This document shows, piece after piece, positions 23,281-36,047 of a stretch of 64,000 nt of DNA (its first letter is position 1; each line of letters opens with the position of its first letter). The DNA lies in assembly GCF_006345805.1 (NCBI RefSeq), contig NC_043007.1, forward strand, positions 28,520,001 through 28,584,000. The letters run 5' to 3'. Below the pieces are notes generated by a model, which saw only the letters and a program-made list of their open reading frames with translations, had not been told where the DNA came from and made no database searches. A program made the position numbers and the translations under genes. The DNA is from Octopus sinensis. Its lineage: Eukaryota.

Positions 23281-24780
23281 GTTACTATTTTTTTTTTCTT
23301 CTTTCAAATTTGCTTCCATTTCTTGCCGAGTGTCTTCCCGACTCCTAGGGCAAAGAAACTCATAGTATACATTGGTAGGCCATTAAACCAAACTCAATAG
23401 TTCGTTCATTTTTTTTTTTTTAAGTTAAATTAAAATACATGAGCAGCAACAGTTCTCACATCGACAATGCTCTTCTCAATACGTGTGATGTACCAGTTAA
23501 GACAATCTTTTGCACTTCTTGCATGGATGGTAAGCCAGGGATCATTCTCATATAATTTTCTGTTCCCTTCTTGATCATTCCTAGTGCTCCTACGATCACT
23601 GGTATTATTATTATTATTATTATCATTATTGTTATTATTATTATGATCATCATCATCATTAATTTATTCACTTAACTTCTGATATCTCATCTCTGCTCCA
23701 TCCTGCAGCTTAGAGACAGAACACTTTCCCCAAAACACGAGCTGTGCCAAGTGTTGCTACCAACTGATTATTACTTGTTATGAAGTTTGGTATTTTCAGC
23801 TTTTGATGTCACAATATTGCTTTCTTTGAGATGGTCCCAAGTGCCCCAATCACAATCGGTACCACACTCACTTCTGAGGCTCTATGGATGGGTTTCACTT
23901 CCAATGCTAGGTCTTGGTGCTTCCCAACTTTCTCATCCTCTCTCTTCACAATATGCTGGTCTGCAAGTAGAGCTACATTGGTGAAGGTCCATTCTTTACA
24001 CTCCTTCTGTAGAAAAGTGATATCCGGTTGGTTATGTTGCAGCTTTTTGTCTGTGTACATTGGCACATCCCATGTAAGACTCCTCACCTAATCACTTTCT
24101 GCTACTGGTAAAGGTTGGTGCTCAAACCACTTGTTAGAACATTCTAGCCCATACTTTTTGCACAACTCCCAGTGTATTCCAATTTCCTTTATATTCCTCT
24201 TCATGCCTTCTGATACTATTCCCAAGGTCCCAACAATAATTGGCACTATCTTCACTTTCTTCATTTTCCATAGCCAGGCTATTTCATATTTGGGAGGGTT
24301 GTATCTATCTTTTCACTTTTCCTCTTGACTATTCGTGGCTCAAAGGCGCATGCAACATCAACTGTATAGAACATGTGATGCATCTGGTCCACCACCACTA
24401 GTTCCAGTCTGTTATGCTCTAGCAACTGATCTGTTTGGATTGGGAAATCCCAGAGTATTTTTCTAGTCTCCAACTCCGCCACTCTCTGCAGTTTGTGCAC
24501 ATATCACATCTTGCTTCTCTCTAGCCCTCACTTTTTGCACAGTTTCCAATGTAGCACTTTTGCTGCCTGGTTATGTCGCCACAACTTGTAGTAGTTTTGG
24601 GCAAGTCTAAGGTATACATTCATAATATGGGCAATGGTTTCACCCACTCTATTGCAGATGCGGCACAGCAGAGACACTTGCTCACTTCTAAGGTTAATCT
24701 TCCAGTTCGTGGCCAAAGTTTGGTCTTGCACTGCCAGTATAGTGCTCTCAGACTCTTTTTTTAGGGTCCCTTTCATCAGC
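23250..24780 (-). mobile_element. Stack of about three 5'-truncated R4/Dong-like element 3' fragments associated with (TAA)n
   Basis: ORF-track pieces IPVIVGALGMIKKG...KIVLTGTSHVLRRALSM; WDVPMYTDKKLQHNQPDI...VVPIVIGALGTI; LWDFPIQTD...HNRLELVVVD; CRICNRVGETIAHI (CCHC knuckle). Confidence 0.8.
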
Positions 24781-25560
24781 CAATCCCACTATGCTTTGGT
24801 TTCTCACACATTTGAGGGAATTCAGGAAGTGGTCAACAGGTTTGCAGTGGCAGCTTGTGCATTTGGACTGACTATTAGCATCGGGAAGACTGAAGTTTTA
24901 TTCCAACCAAAGCCTGGGACAAATGTGATGATCAACAACAATCCACTCAAATGGGTCAGCTCCTTTGAATACCTTGGAAGTACAGTAAACTCTAAGTGTA
25001 CCTCTTGATGACAAAATCAACGTTAGAATGGCTACAGTTACAAATGCTTTTGGAAGATTTGCCTCTCGTTTGTGGGATGAACACAATGTCAGTCTGAAAA
25101 CTAAAATAACTGCATACAAATCCTAACTTTTGTGCACACTTTTGTATGGGACAGAAGCATGGACTCCCTACGACAGACATGTAAAGAAACTTGAAGCCTT
25201 CCACATGTGCTGTTTATGCAACATGTACAGCATAAAAATGGCAAGCTAAGATATCCAATGCAAAACTTTAGAAAACTGCAATATCTCCCGTATCCAAAGA
25301 ATGCTGATGAGAATTCAATGCAGATGGGGGGGGGCATGTTGTTTGAATGACAAATGACTGCATTCCAAAAATTCTTGTGTATGGCCAACAAGTGGAGGGA
25401 TATTGTGGCAAAGGAAGACCTCTCCTTTGGTATAAGGATAGGTTGAAGCAATCCCTAAAATCTCTACAGCTTAAACTGACATCTTGGGAAAGTCGTTGCC
25501 AAGATTGATCTGCATGGGATAAAATGTGTCACGATTCATTCAAAACAATTTCGGTTGAAG
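24780..25560 (+). mobile_element. RTE (BovB-like) LINE fragment
   Basis: GIQEVVNRFAVAACAFGLTISIGKTEVLFQP...FEYLGSTV, typical RTE post-RT region. Confidence 0.75.
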
Positions 25561-26399
25561 AAAAAGAACAACAGAAGAACTCTATCCCACAATCAACAGA
25601 CACACTTGCCCAATCCCAGCCAAAATCAAAATCATCAATGTCCCTATTGCAACTTTGTAATAAAATCCATCCCTGGACTCAAATTACATTCATGCATCCA
25701 TTGCAAATAGATGCAGATTCTTATTGTTTTCTCTTTCTTTTCTCTTTCTAGTATTCTCTTAAACTTCAAGTGCTCTCCTTCAAACACTCAAACACTCAAC
25801 TTAACAGGAGCAACCATCATTGTTATTATATTCCACCAAGATCAGTTTCTGAATAATCCCTGTCCTTAGAGTCAATTGTGACACACTGATGGGAAACACA
25901 TTGGTTATGGTTTTCTCTGTGTGTGTATGCATGTGTGGGGGGTGTATATGTTTGGCAGAGGGTGTATTTGTTTGTGGGCAGGGTATTTGCATGTGTCTGA
26001 GTGTGGGTACTTGTGCATATGTGTGTGTGCAAGTGTCTGTGTGAGTGTGAGTATATGTGTGTGTGTGTCTGTGTATTTGTGTCTATGTGAGTGCATTTCT
26101 GTATATGTATGTGTATGTGTTCATGCATTTCTGTTTATGAATGTTTTGCGTATATGCATGTTTGTCTGTGTGTATGTATGGGATGTGTGTGTGCTTTTAT
26201 GTTTGATGGAGTAGTATGTGTGTGTATCTTTACATGATTGCATGACCTGGTAGAAATAACAGCTGAATCTCCTTTGAATGATATCCTCTGCCTTATAGAA
26301 AAATACATTGGATCATGAGGTGTTAGGTTCCCAGCACTGTGATGGAGGAAAACTATTTCGGTTGATCCAACAAATGACCACCACCACAACATCTGATTC

Positions 26400-27177
26400 A
26401 CTTTGTCATCTGTTGTCATGTAACATCTGTTCATGTGAACCACCACCACCACCACAACCCATACTGCTGCTGCTGCTGCTTTGTGGTGGTGAGTGCAGGA
26501 ACACTGCACTCCGGCTTTGCATTGATGTCAATCGAGAACACACCAACAAACACCAACAAACAACACATCCAGAGCAACTAATACTACTAATAATACTAAT
26601 ACTACTGTCAACAAAAACCATTACTGCCATCATCATCATCATCATCATCCATAATGCTTCTAAGTGTTAGAAATAGCAACTATGTCCCTCAAATCCAAAC
26701 GCAGACAATCCTATATAAAATGAGAGGATGGTCATAGATGGATTGTCTGCTCAGTCAGGGTCGATCAAGTGCTAAACATTATCATTATCATAACAAAAAC
26801 AGTAAAACAACAATAACAATAACAGCCATTGTTGACAACGATCAGCATCACAACAAACACTACAGTCAACATCTAGCATCACCACTGCCACTGTCACCAT
26901 CATAATAACTAATATCACCACCACCACCACCACCACCACCACCACCACCACCACCACCACCACCACCACCACCACCACCACCACACCACCACCACCACCA
27001 CCACCACCACCACCACCAACCACCACCACCACAAACATCATCAACACTAACATGAGTAACAACAATACATTGATGTAGGAAGGAGGGAGTTAACCAACAG
27101 TGACTACTACTGTGACTACCACTGCTACTACTACTTCTACTAGTATTACTACAGTTGCTACTACTACTACTATACTA

Positions 27178-27215
<38 letters not shown>

Positions 27216-27320
27216 ACTATTGCAGCAGCTATTGCTACTACTGCCGATATTGCAACTAGTGCTGCTACTGCTACTGCTACTGCTACTGCTGCTGCTGCTG
27301 TTACTGCTGCCGTTGTAGCA
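26400..27320. repeat. Compound trinucleotide array (CCA, CTG, CTA, CAT, ACA) upstream of the AK-like ATG
   Basis: Read directly from the sequence; long (CCA)n at 26917-27030. Confidence 0.9.
26712..26756 (+). promoter_or_regulatory. Candidate TATA box (TATATAAAA, 26712-26720) and Inr-like TCAGTC (26751-26756)
   Basis: Motif match only; spacing (~39 nt) is longer than the canonical ~30. Confidence 0.3.
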
Positions 27321-27388
27321 GTTTGTGTGAAACAGCAGTCTTCAGTGGTGTGGAACTGTGGTTACAATGCCAGAGCTCTGCTACCAAC

Positions 27389-27557
27389 ATGGGATGTGGT
27401 CTGTCGAATTTACGCCGCTCAAAGTCGAGGAGAACGGCTGCAGTGGAGGACGACTGTGCAGTAATTCATGGAGGCCGTGATAAAGGCAAAGTGAAGATCC
27501 ATTATGGCAAGGAGGTCTCTTTAATTGCAGCTGACCCCAAACTCATCTTCATATTCG
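27389..27557 (+). CDS. Adenylate-kinase-fold (AK5-like) protein, coding exon 1
   Basis: CCAACATGG start context; MGCGLSNLRRSKSRRTAAVEDDCAVIHGGRDKGKVKIHYGKEVSLIAADPKLIFIF+G; donor TTCG|GTGAGG at 27558; 169 nt, phase 1, joins exon 2 to form LIFIFGGPGSKKG. Confidence 0.85.
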
Positions 27558-27637
27558 GTGAGGAAATCACATACTTCTTATTATTATCACAATCACTATC
27601 ACTTTGTAATTCTTTATTATCATTATTATCATTATTA

Positions 27638-27722
<85 letters not shown>

Positions 27723-27899
27723 GTACCAGTCAGATACTGAGATTAAATTCTTCCAATGTCTGAATATCCTCCTTGCATTTGTGGCCTTCTACATTTATTT
27801 TGTATACATGTGTGTATGTCTATCTGTCTGTCTGTCTGTCTCTGCTGTCTCTTTCTCTCCCTTTCTTTCTCTCTATGGATATAGACATGGATATATATA

Positions 27900-27962
<63 letters not shown>

Positions 27963-28099
27963 CATATAATATCCATATGATATATTCATATATACACACA
28001 TACGTGTGTATGGATGTATTATGTATATGTATGTATGCATAGACACACACTCATACATACATACATACATACAAACATAACAAAAGGACGAATGAACCC

Positions 28100-28450
28100 A
28101 GTGTAGGTGCAACAATAGTAAAGTCCCTCAGAAATTCCAGTGGCCTCAAGCTTTTGTTAAAGCCTGTCTCTAGGAGAAGGTCACTCTGATATTTAAAACC
28201 AGATATGCAGGGAATGGCATTGGACATTTTTGGGATCTTTTGTTCGTGCTTGAGATCATAGCACTTCCACATTCCTGAGCCTTCGGCCCATATTGACACA
28301 GGATATCTTGCCTCCACTTGTCTCTGGATCGCGTCAATAGGGTGGAGAGGGTCTGTGAGGTGTCATGCAAGCTTTATTGAACCTAAGATTTTGCATAAGC
28401 ATTGCTTTGTTAGTGATGGTCATACCCATCTACAAGTTGACAGCCATCAT
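28100..28450 (+). mobile_element. RTE-type 5' UTR-like fragment
   Basis: Motif GCTTTTGTTA..C..CTCTAGGAGAAGG..ACTCTGATAT..AAAACC shared with the 14858-15411 element. Confidence 0.4.
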
Positions 28451-28519
28451 ATAATATTTATGTGCATGTGTGTGTGTGTGTGTGTGTGTGTACAGAGAGA
28501 CACAGAGAAATGATAATGA

Positions 28520-28740
28520 TTTCAAATTTTCGCACCAGGCAAGCAATTTTCGAGTTGGTGTGGGTGGGGCAAAGTCATCAACTTCAGTATTGGCTGGTAC
28601 TTATTTTATTAACCCTGAAAGGATGAAAGACAAAGTCAACCTCAGCAATATTTGAGGTCAGAATGTGAAGATGAACAAAATGCCACTAAGCCTTTTGTCT
28701 GACATGCTAATGGTTCTTTCAGCTCACTGCCTTAAGACAG
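28520..28740 (-). mobile_element. tRNA-derived SINE
   Basis: Same family as 40672-40890 and 44400-44610. Confidence 0.7.
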
Positions 28741-29344
28741 AAATCATAATAAGTAGGAAATAGGTGTGGTATTCAATGCTTTGCAAAACACTCACATGTT
28801 TCATCAAAATACCAAAATAATTACATAACAGTACTAGAACCATTATGCAATTATGCACTTCACCTTATCAGTGTCCTGCAATAAATACAACAGTTGATCT
28901 TACAGCACCAAATATAAACATTTTTTCTCCATTATGCAAATCATTAACAATCTTACAAGTCACATAAGAATAACAGGTGTCAGGCAAAGCATCACATGGA
29001 GGATGTCCATACAATGCCATGTGGCTCTCAGAACCAAATATGTATCACCAGAGAGAAAGAAAGGGAGATAGAGAAAGAGAGAGAAAGAGAGGAGAAAAGC
29101 TTATAAAACCATAAACATACATACACATATATATATATATATACATATTTGTACATTGGTATACATACATATCAATATATACACATACATTCATATTCAG
29201 ATGTACACACCCACATCTACACACATGCAGGCACATATACATATATATATATACATTCACACATACATATATATATTTACATCCTATATTTTTGTGGAGT
29301 GCAGAATCCATCACTGAACTCAAGTTTTGGTATTATATATATAT

Positions 29345-29443
29345 TCAAAACATAAAAGATTTTCTCATCTTCCTGAGTGTTAAACTAATACACCTGTTGT
29401 TGTTTATACACCTATCTTCGTCTTTTCTTTTTCTGTAAATTTC

Positions 29444-29491
<48 letters not shown>

Positions 29492-29600
29492 AAAGACAAA
29501 GACAGGTGGTGTACAAAACAAACAGATGTATTAGTATAACGCTCAAGAATAGAAAAAGGTCTTTTACGTTTCAAGCCTACGCTCTTCTACAGAAAGGTAC
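29345..29600. mobile_element. Foldback element around (TA)n with a hammerhead-like motif (second family)
   Basis: 29355-29427 is the reverse complement of ~29489-29565; minus strand 29596-29561 reads CTTT-CTGTAGA-A-GAGC-GTAG-GCTT-GAAAC-GTA-AAAG. Confidence 0.6.
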
Positions 29601-29785
29601 TTAGAAACAACAAGGAGAGAAACAAGGAGAGAAAAAAGGAGAGAAAAAAAATGTGTGTCACATACATGTATATATGCACATATATTACGTGTATGGTGTA
29701 TGTATAAATGCATATATATATATATATTTATCTATGTGTGTGTATGTGTGTATACAGTATTCTCTCTCTTTCATATAGATACAGA

Positions 29786-29821
<36 letters not shown>

Positions 29822-29830
29822 TAGATAGAT

Positions 29831-29864
<34 letters not shown>

Positions 29865-30976
29865 TTAATTTTTGCAGGGAAAAGGTTGACAGTAACTTCA
29901 AAGTTTCAGCTTGCTGTCATCAGAGTTCATACTGTTGCATTTATGATGCACATATATGCATATATTTGTGTATGTGTGTATGTGCATGTCCATGTATTTA
30001 GCTACGTAACATTAGATTCCAATCCAGTACATCTTAAACTCTCTCTCTCTCCACCTCTCCGTTTCTTCCCCCTATAAAATCTCATCATGTTTATCTACAG
30101 TCATATAGGGACCCAGTGGATTGACCCTCAATGTACTTCACTTGCCACATAGAAAATTTTAGGGCACTCCTCCTCCTCCTCGTGGAAGTGGGTCTACAGA
30201 GTTAGTGGAGTATCATAAAAATATACCTTGTGCGATTCATTCTGTCTCTACATTCTGAGATCAAATCCCACCAAGGCCATCTTTCCCACAGAGGTTGACA
30301 AAATAAAATACCAGTGATGTAGTGGGGTTCATTCATTGAACTAGTCCTCGGGGATCAGGTTTAATGGGTGGAGTGGGCGGGGCAAGACATGAAAAGAAAG
30401 ACTATATTATGAGACTGTTTAACAAAGCACTATCTTACAATCAGTGATGAACACAATGTCTACAACATGCTCTCTCACTCACACACACACACACCACACA
30501 CACACACAGACTCACGTGCATATACAAGAGTACATATGCAAATATATGTGTGGCTGTGTGTGGGTGTCATCATCATCATTGTTTAATGTCTGCCTTCCAT
30601 GCTGGCATGGGGCGTATGTACATAAATATATATATATATATATATACATGAAACACAACCTGTGCCAGTATGGAATTTGGATGTTAAATAATGATGATGA
30701 TGATGATGATATTTAAAGAAAGATTTTCTTCAATTAAAAAAATGATTAACTCTATAAAATATCTAAAAAAAAAAAATAGAATGCCATGAATGTTTTCAAT
30801 ACTTCTTCCCCAAAGATTTGAGGGTTTTTTTAAGATGTTCTTCAGATAATTAATTATTTTAAATTAAAGAAAAATCTTTCTTCGAATATTGGGACTGTTT
30901 CAGGAATTCTTCATAAATACTTACAAACACACACTTAGAAAAACTCATACATATATCATCATCAGCAGCAGCAGCA

Positions 30977-31188
30977 GCCGTTCAAGAATTTGGACCTGGA
31001 GATCTCCATTTCCAGCGACTTCGAGGGCCACCTCCCAGTGGTGTCGGGTGTCAACAAAGAGCCCTCGACTACAACAAGACGACCAAAGTTTTTTTTTTTC
31101 CCTAAGGTCTGGGGTCTCCCGCCCCTAAGCCCTAGACCATCACCTAATCACCCTTACCCGTCTTGTTGCTTAACAACAACAACAACAA
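30977..31188 (+). mobile_element. Short retroposon insertion with (AAC)n tail and 17-bp TSD
   Basis: CATCAGCAGCAGCAGCA at 30960-30976 and 31189-31205. Confidence 0.6.
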
Positions 31189-31421
31189 CATCAGCAGCAG
31201 CAGCATTTTAGTATCCACTTCCATGCTGGCATGTGTTGGATAGAATTTATAGAGGCAGTTTTTCTGGGGCTTGATCCCCTCTCCTGTTAAACACTATCAC
31301 TTATTATAAGTAAGATAATATTTCCCCATGACTAGACATGCTCTTACAAAAGATTAGAAAGAAAAGACATGTCTTATATGACTGTGACACTCATTTACAA
31401 TTGTCAGGTGATATATATATA

Positions 31422-31801
31422 TCTTTATATATAAAAGTCAAGTTGTGTGTCTGTCTCCTACGATTTAGATTCCTAACTACTCCCACATTTTGCGATGCAG
31501 TTTAACCAAAACCGGGTATCTTATAGTCGTGATTCATATCGAGCCCTTCTGGGTATTAGCATGTGTCTACGATTTTAAAAAGAATTTACCATCAATTTTT
31601 CCCATTTTTAATGCATTTTTGGCATATATAAGGGAAGTAACTCTCTAAAAATTTATTAAATCTCAGAACGTAAAAAACTACAGTAACACCCCCCCCTTTG
31701 TGGTTAGCCATATTGAGATAGCTATTATACTTTACATCTCTAAAAATGCTTATATAGTTATTTCCCTTACAAACCCGAGCAACGCCGGGCGATACTGCTA
31801 G
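31422..31801 (+). mobile_element. Non-autonomous Helitron (380 bp)
   Basis: A|TC...CTAG|T junctions; subterminal hairpin CCCGAGCAACGCCGGG at 31774-31789; inserted in (AT)n. Confidence 0.85.
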
Positions 31802-31811
31802 TATATATATA

Positions 31812-32330
31812 TAGTTGAAGGAATCCGGGCTAGAGGTAGACCCAGGAAGACATGGGATGAGGTGGTCAAGCATGACCTTCAAACGTTGGGCCTCACAGAG
31901 GCAATGACGAAAGACTGAGGCCTCTGGAGATATGCTGTGAGTGTGAAGACCCGACAAATAATTTGAGTTCATGGCTGTTTCCTGCACCAGCTTCACATAG
32001 AAGCCCCAGTCCATCCAAAGTACCTTGGATCGCAGGACAGCCTGCAGTGCTTACCTTGGATCGTGGGGTGACCTGCTGTGCTTGAGGAGACCTATTGAGT
32101 CAAGTACATCAACACCAAAAAATCAAATGGAAATTGTAGTTGTGATACCTGTGCTGGTGGCACGTAAAAAGCACCCACTACACTCACGGAGTGGTTGGCA
32201 TTAGAAAAGGCATCCAGCTGTAGAAACACTGCCAGATCAGACTGGGGCCTGGTGCAGCCTCCTGGCTTCCAGACCCCAGTCGAACCGTCCAGCCCATGCT
32301 AGCATGGAAAATGGATGTCAACCACTTTTC
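31812..32330 (+). mobile_element. RTE-X LINE 3' end (ORF C-terminus plus 3' UTR)
   Basis: VEGIRARGRPRKTWDEVVKHDLQTLGLTEAMTKD*GLWRYAV then the family 3' UTR. Confidence 0.8.
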
Positions 32331-32845
32331 AGTGTAGATTGGATGCTTTATATATCATCATCATCATCATTATTTAATATCCATTTTCCATACTTGTGTG
32401 GGCTGGAAAGATTGACACAAACAAGCAAGTCAGGAGAGTACACCAAGCTCTGCTATGTTTTGGCATGATTTCTATGGCTGGATGCCCTTCCTAAAACCAA
32501 CCACTTTACAGAATGTACAAGGTCCTGTTTTGTGCCCCCAGCACTACCTGCCATGCTGCTTCCAACACTATGTGCAATGTGAAAAGCAAATTTATGCTCA
32601 GAGATGAAAGATGAAACTGTGAGGATCTTAGCAGAATAGATTTCTCACTATTGAGGAGCTACATGGCTACACATATATCAATCTGTGTATATGTATATAT
32701 ATGTAAGTGTGTATGTGTGTGTGTGTGTGTTTGTATGTGTGTATACATATATATCATCATCATCATCATCATCGTTTAACGTCCGCTTTCCATGCTAGCA
32801 TGGTTATTGATATATAAATGTATGTATATGTAATGTGCATGTATA

Positions 32846-32909
<64 letters not shown>

Positions 32910-33199
32910 GTGTGTGTGTGTGTGTAAGCTTGTAATCACTACCAATAGATGTAATGATTAAAGGAAAAATGGGGTTTTTTCAAAATAACATGCATTTTTC
33001 ATGCAGAATTTAAGTGAGCTGCTCAAAACCACACTTCTGATGATGAGGGAAGCTTGGTCTGCAATATCTGTGAACCTGTATGTCTGTCAAGGGCTGGGCT
33101 CACAGGGCCACAAGTGCAAAGTATGAATCTGAGTGCACAAATGGTCAGTGTTACTCTTCTTTAGTCACAAGTGGACAGCCATTATGTACTGGGTTGCTT

Positions 33200-33435
33200 T
33201 TTATGTTGCTTCTTACCACACTAGTGTTGGTGCCATGTAAAAATCACCAGTGCTGGTGCTACATGAAAAAAGCACCCAGTACACTTTGTAAAGTGGTTGG
33301 CATTAGGAAGGGCATCCAGCCACAGAAAACTTGCCAAAGCAGGCAGTGGAACCTGGTGCAGCTATCCAGTTTGCCTAGCCCCTTTCAAACAGTGCAGTTC
33401 ATATTAGCATGGAAAACAAACTTTAAATGATGATA
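33200..33435 (+). mobile_element. RTE-X 3' UTR copy
   Basis: AAAAAGCACCCAGTACAC...TTAGGAAGGGCATCCAGC...AAATGATGAT; a similar copy lies at 34230-34420. Confidence 0.65.
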
Positions 33436-35225
33436 TATGACCATTTGACCATTTGAAGGGTCTTCAAGTTTCCATAATCTTCTCCATATCAGTTTGTGTG
33501 TCTAGGTTCTTCTAGTCATTTCTTCCCCTGCCCACCTCTGACACTACACAGCTACTGTTCTCACCTGTGAGCAAAATCATACATATTACATGACATCCCC
33601 TCCCAAAAGGTTCACCCACCACCACCACCAAACTACTTCCATTCCTCATCCTCCCACGCACCCATCACCTCCTTTCCAAGCCTTCAGCTATAGCCCTTAC
33701 CCCGTTCTGCCATAAACCATTCTAGACATCTCTCTTATCTGCTTCCATTCTCAATGCCCTCTCATATCTACCATCGTCACCCACTGACCACAGCCTCTTA
33801 AATATCCCCAGCTTTTCCTCGGCACAGTTCCAAAACCTTACATTTTTCTACTACATTCTGTTCCATTCTCCTTCTTGAGCAATTCCTTTATCTCCCACCT
33901 CCCAACTTTACCTACTGGTATTTCCCATCATCTGCAACCCCCACCCTTATTCATCACTCACTACATTAACCTCTTACTCCTACCCTCTCACACTCTCTCA
34001 GCCTCTCCCCTCACCCACCATCCTGTCATCTCTTATGCTCAGCTTCTTGTTCCTTGAAAGTTTCTTGTAGCACTCCATCACTTCCTCCCTCATGCTCGTC
34101 TCTCCATCACACTTTAGCCTTTCAACACCTGCAACACATCCACCTGCCTTCACTTTGCTTCCCAAATACTTCTTACTACTAAGAGCTTTTTCCTTTTCCT
34201 ATTCTTTCTGTATTGTAAATTTATGGCCACCTCGTTAGTGTTGGTTATATATAAAAAGCACCCAGTACACTCTACAAAGTGGTTGGCATTAGGAAGGGCA
34301 CTCAGCCATGTCAAAGATGGCACTGGAAAGCAACACAGCCCTGCAGTACTACAGTTCCTAGTCAAGCCATCCCACACATGTCAGCATAGAAAGCAGATGA
34401 TGATGATGATGATGATGTATGTATATGTGTATGTACATATACATACATATATATATATATGTATGTATATATATATATATATATATATATCACTGTGTGT
34501 GTGTGTGTGTGTGTTTCTCTGTGTGTATGTTAAGCATTATCATCATCATTTTATATATATATATGTACATACACACACAACTGGATGCCCTTTATGTGAC
34601 TTCAGCACTGGCAGGGTCACCAAGTAACTTGCAAGACAAAAATCCTGACATATATATAAATCCTGCATTTATTTTGCTTAGACAATTGCAAGACAAATAA
34701 CTTGCTACAGAACCAGTCCCTCTGCATCAATATATGTGAGTGTACGCGTGTTTGTGTGTGGTATCTGTCTGCCTGTATGTGTGTGAGTGTATATATGCAT
34801 GTGTGGTCGTCTGGGTACACACATGTGCATGTATATTCTGGTGCATATTTCTGTGTGTCTGTGAGTTGGGCTTTTGTGTCTGTGCATCTTTCTGTATCTG
34901 CAAGTACCTCAGAGTGCATACATACGCATATGTATACACATATATTTCCACTAATATATCTAATTACATTTTAGCCATATGCTTTTCATATATACAACTG
35001 TATTGACTCTTCTCATTGTTAATGCCATTCCCTGTATAGGCACATAAGTAATTCTTTCCCAAATAAATTCCACTTCATATTTGTGGCTCTGATGAAGCTA
35101 GAAGGTGTTAGTTAGACACTCAACTACGAGACTGCTGCATCTTATAGCAGAAACAGCAGTAAGCTAATGAAGTTAATAAGATAATTATTTCTTCCTCAGT
35201 CTTCTCTCTTTCTTATCTATGTGTG

Positions 35226-35279
<54 letters not shown>

Positions 35280-35289
35280 ATATATATAT

Positions 35290-35427
35290 AAGGTATTGGT
35301 ATCTAGAAGACCCAAAGAATGGCAGGCAATGCTAAGTAAGTGCTATGGACCATAGTTAAACTCTTGGTTTGATAGTGATACAAGTGAGGATTTTAATATG
35401 GGTCTTGTATTAGCATGCATGTATATA

Positions 35428-35467
<40 letters not shown>

Positions 35468-35684
35468 CAAAAACAGTTAACAAAGCCAAGGCTGCGAGGA
35501 GTTTTCAGGACATATAAAGGAAAGAGATATAGATATGGTCTTACAGTTGTTTCTGAGATATTATGGATATCCCTTCATCAGAGATGATGATGAAGGGATA
35601 TCCATATCTCAGAAACAGCTGTAAGACTATTTCATTATAAATGTCCTGCAAACTCCTCACAGCCTTGCATTTGGTTTTGTCTAA
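35290..35684 (+). mobile_element. Composite foldback element, copy 2 (spacer collapsed)
   Basis: Head 35290-35418, (TA)n, arms ~35463-35585 and 35586-35684; left arm (minus) TCATCT-CTGATGA-A-GGGATA-TCCATAA-TATCTC-A-GAAAC-AACT-GTA-AGAC. Confidence 0.75.
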
Positions 35685-35699
35685 TATATATATATCTCA

Positions 35700-36040
35700 T
35701 CATTGTCATCATTGTCAAATGTCCACTTTCTATGCCAGAATGGTTGGATGGTTTGACTGAGAATTGGCAAGCCAGGTGGCTGCACCAGGCTCCAATCTGA
35801 TTGGGCAGAGTTTCTACAGCTGGATGCCTTTCTTAACGCCAACCACTCTGAGAGTGTAGTGGGTGCTTTTACGTGTCATTGGCATGGGAGCCAGTCAGGC
35901 AGCACTGGCATCAGCCATGCTTGAATAGTGCATTCTATGTGCCACCAGTACGTGTGCCAGTCAGGTGACACTGGTATCAGTGACACTCAAATGATGCTTT
36001 TTATGTGCCAATCAGGTGGCACTGGCATCGGCCACAACTA
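35700..36040 (-). mobile_element. RTE-X 3' UTR copy (antisense), abutted by a Helitron
   Basis: Reverse-complement family signature CAGCTGGATGCCTTTCTTAACGCCAACCAC. Confidence 0.7.
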
Positions 36041-36047
36041 CAGTATA

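Noticed and set aside
26772-27318. Poly-Val/Gly and poly-Thr/Leu ORFs
   Set aside because: Translations of triplet repeats; no start context or splice support.
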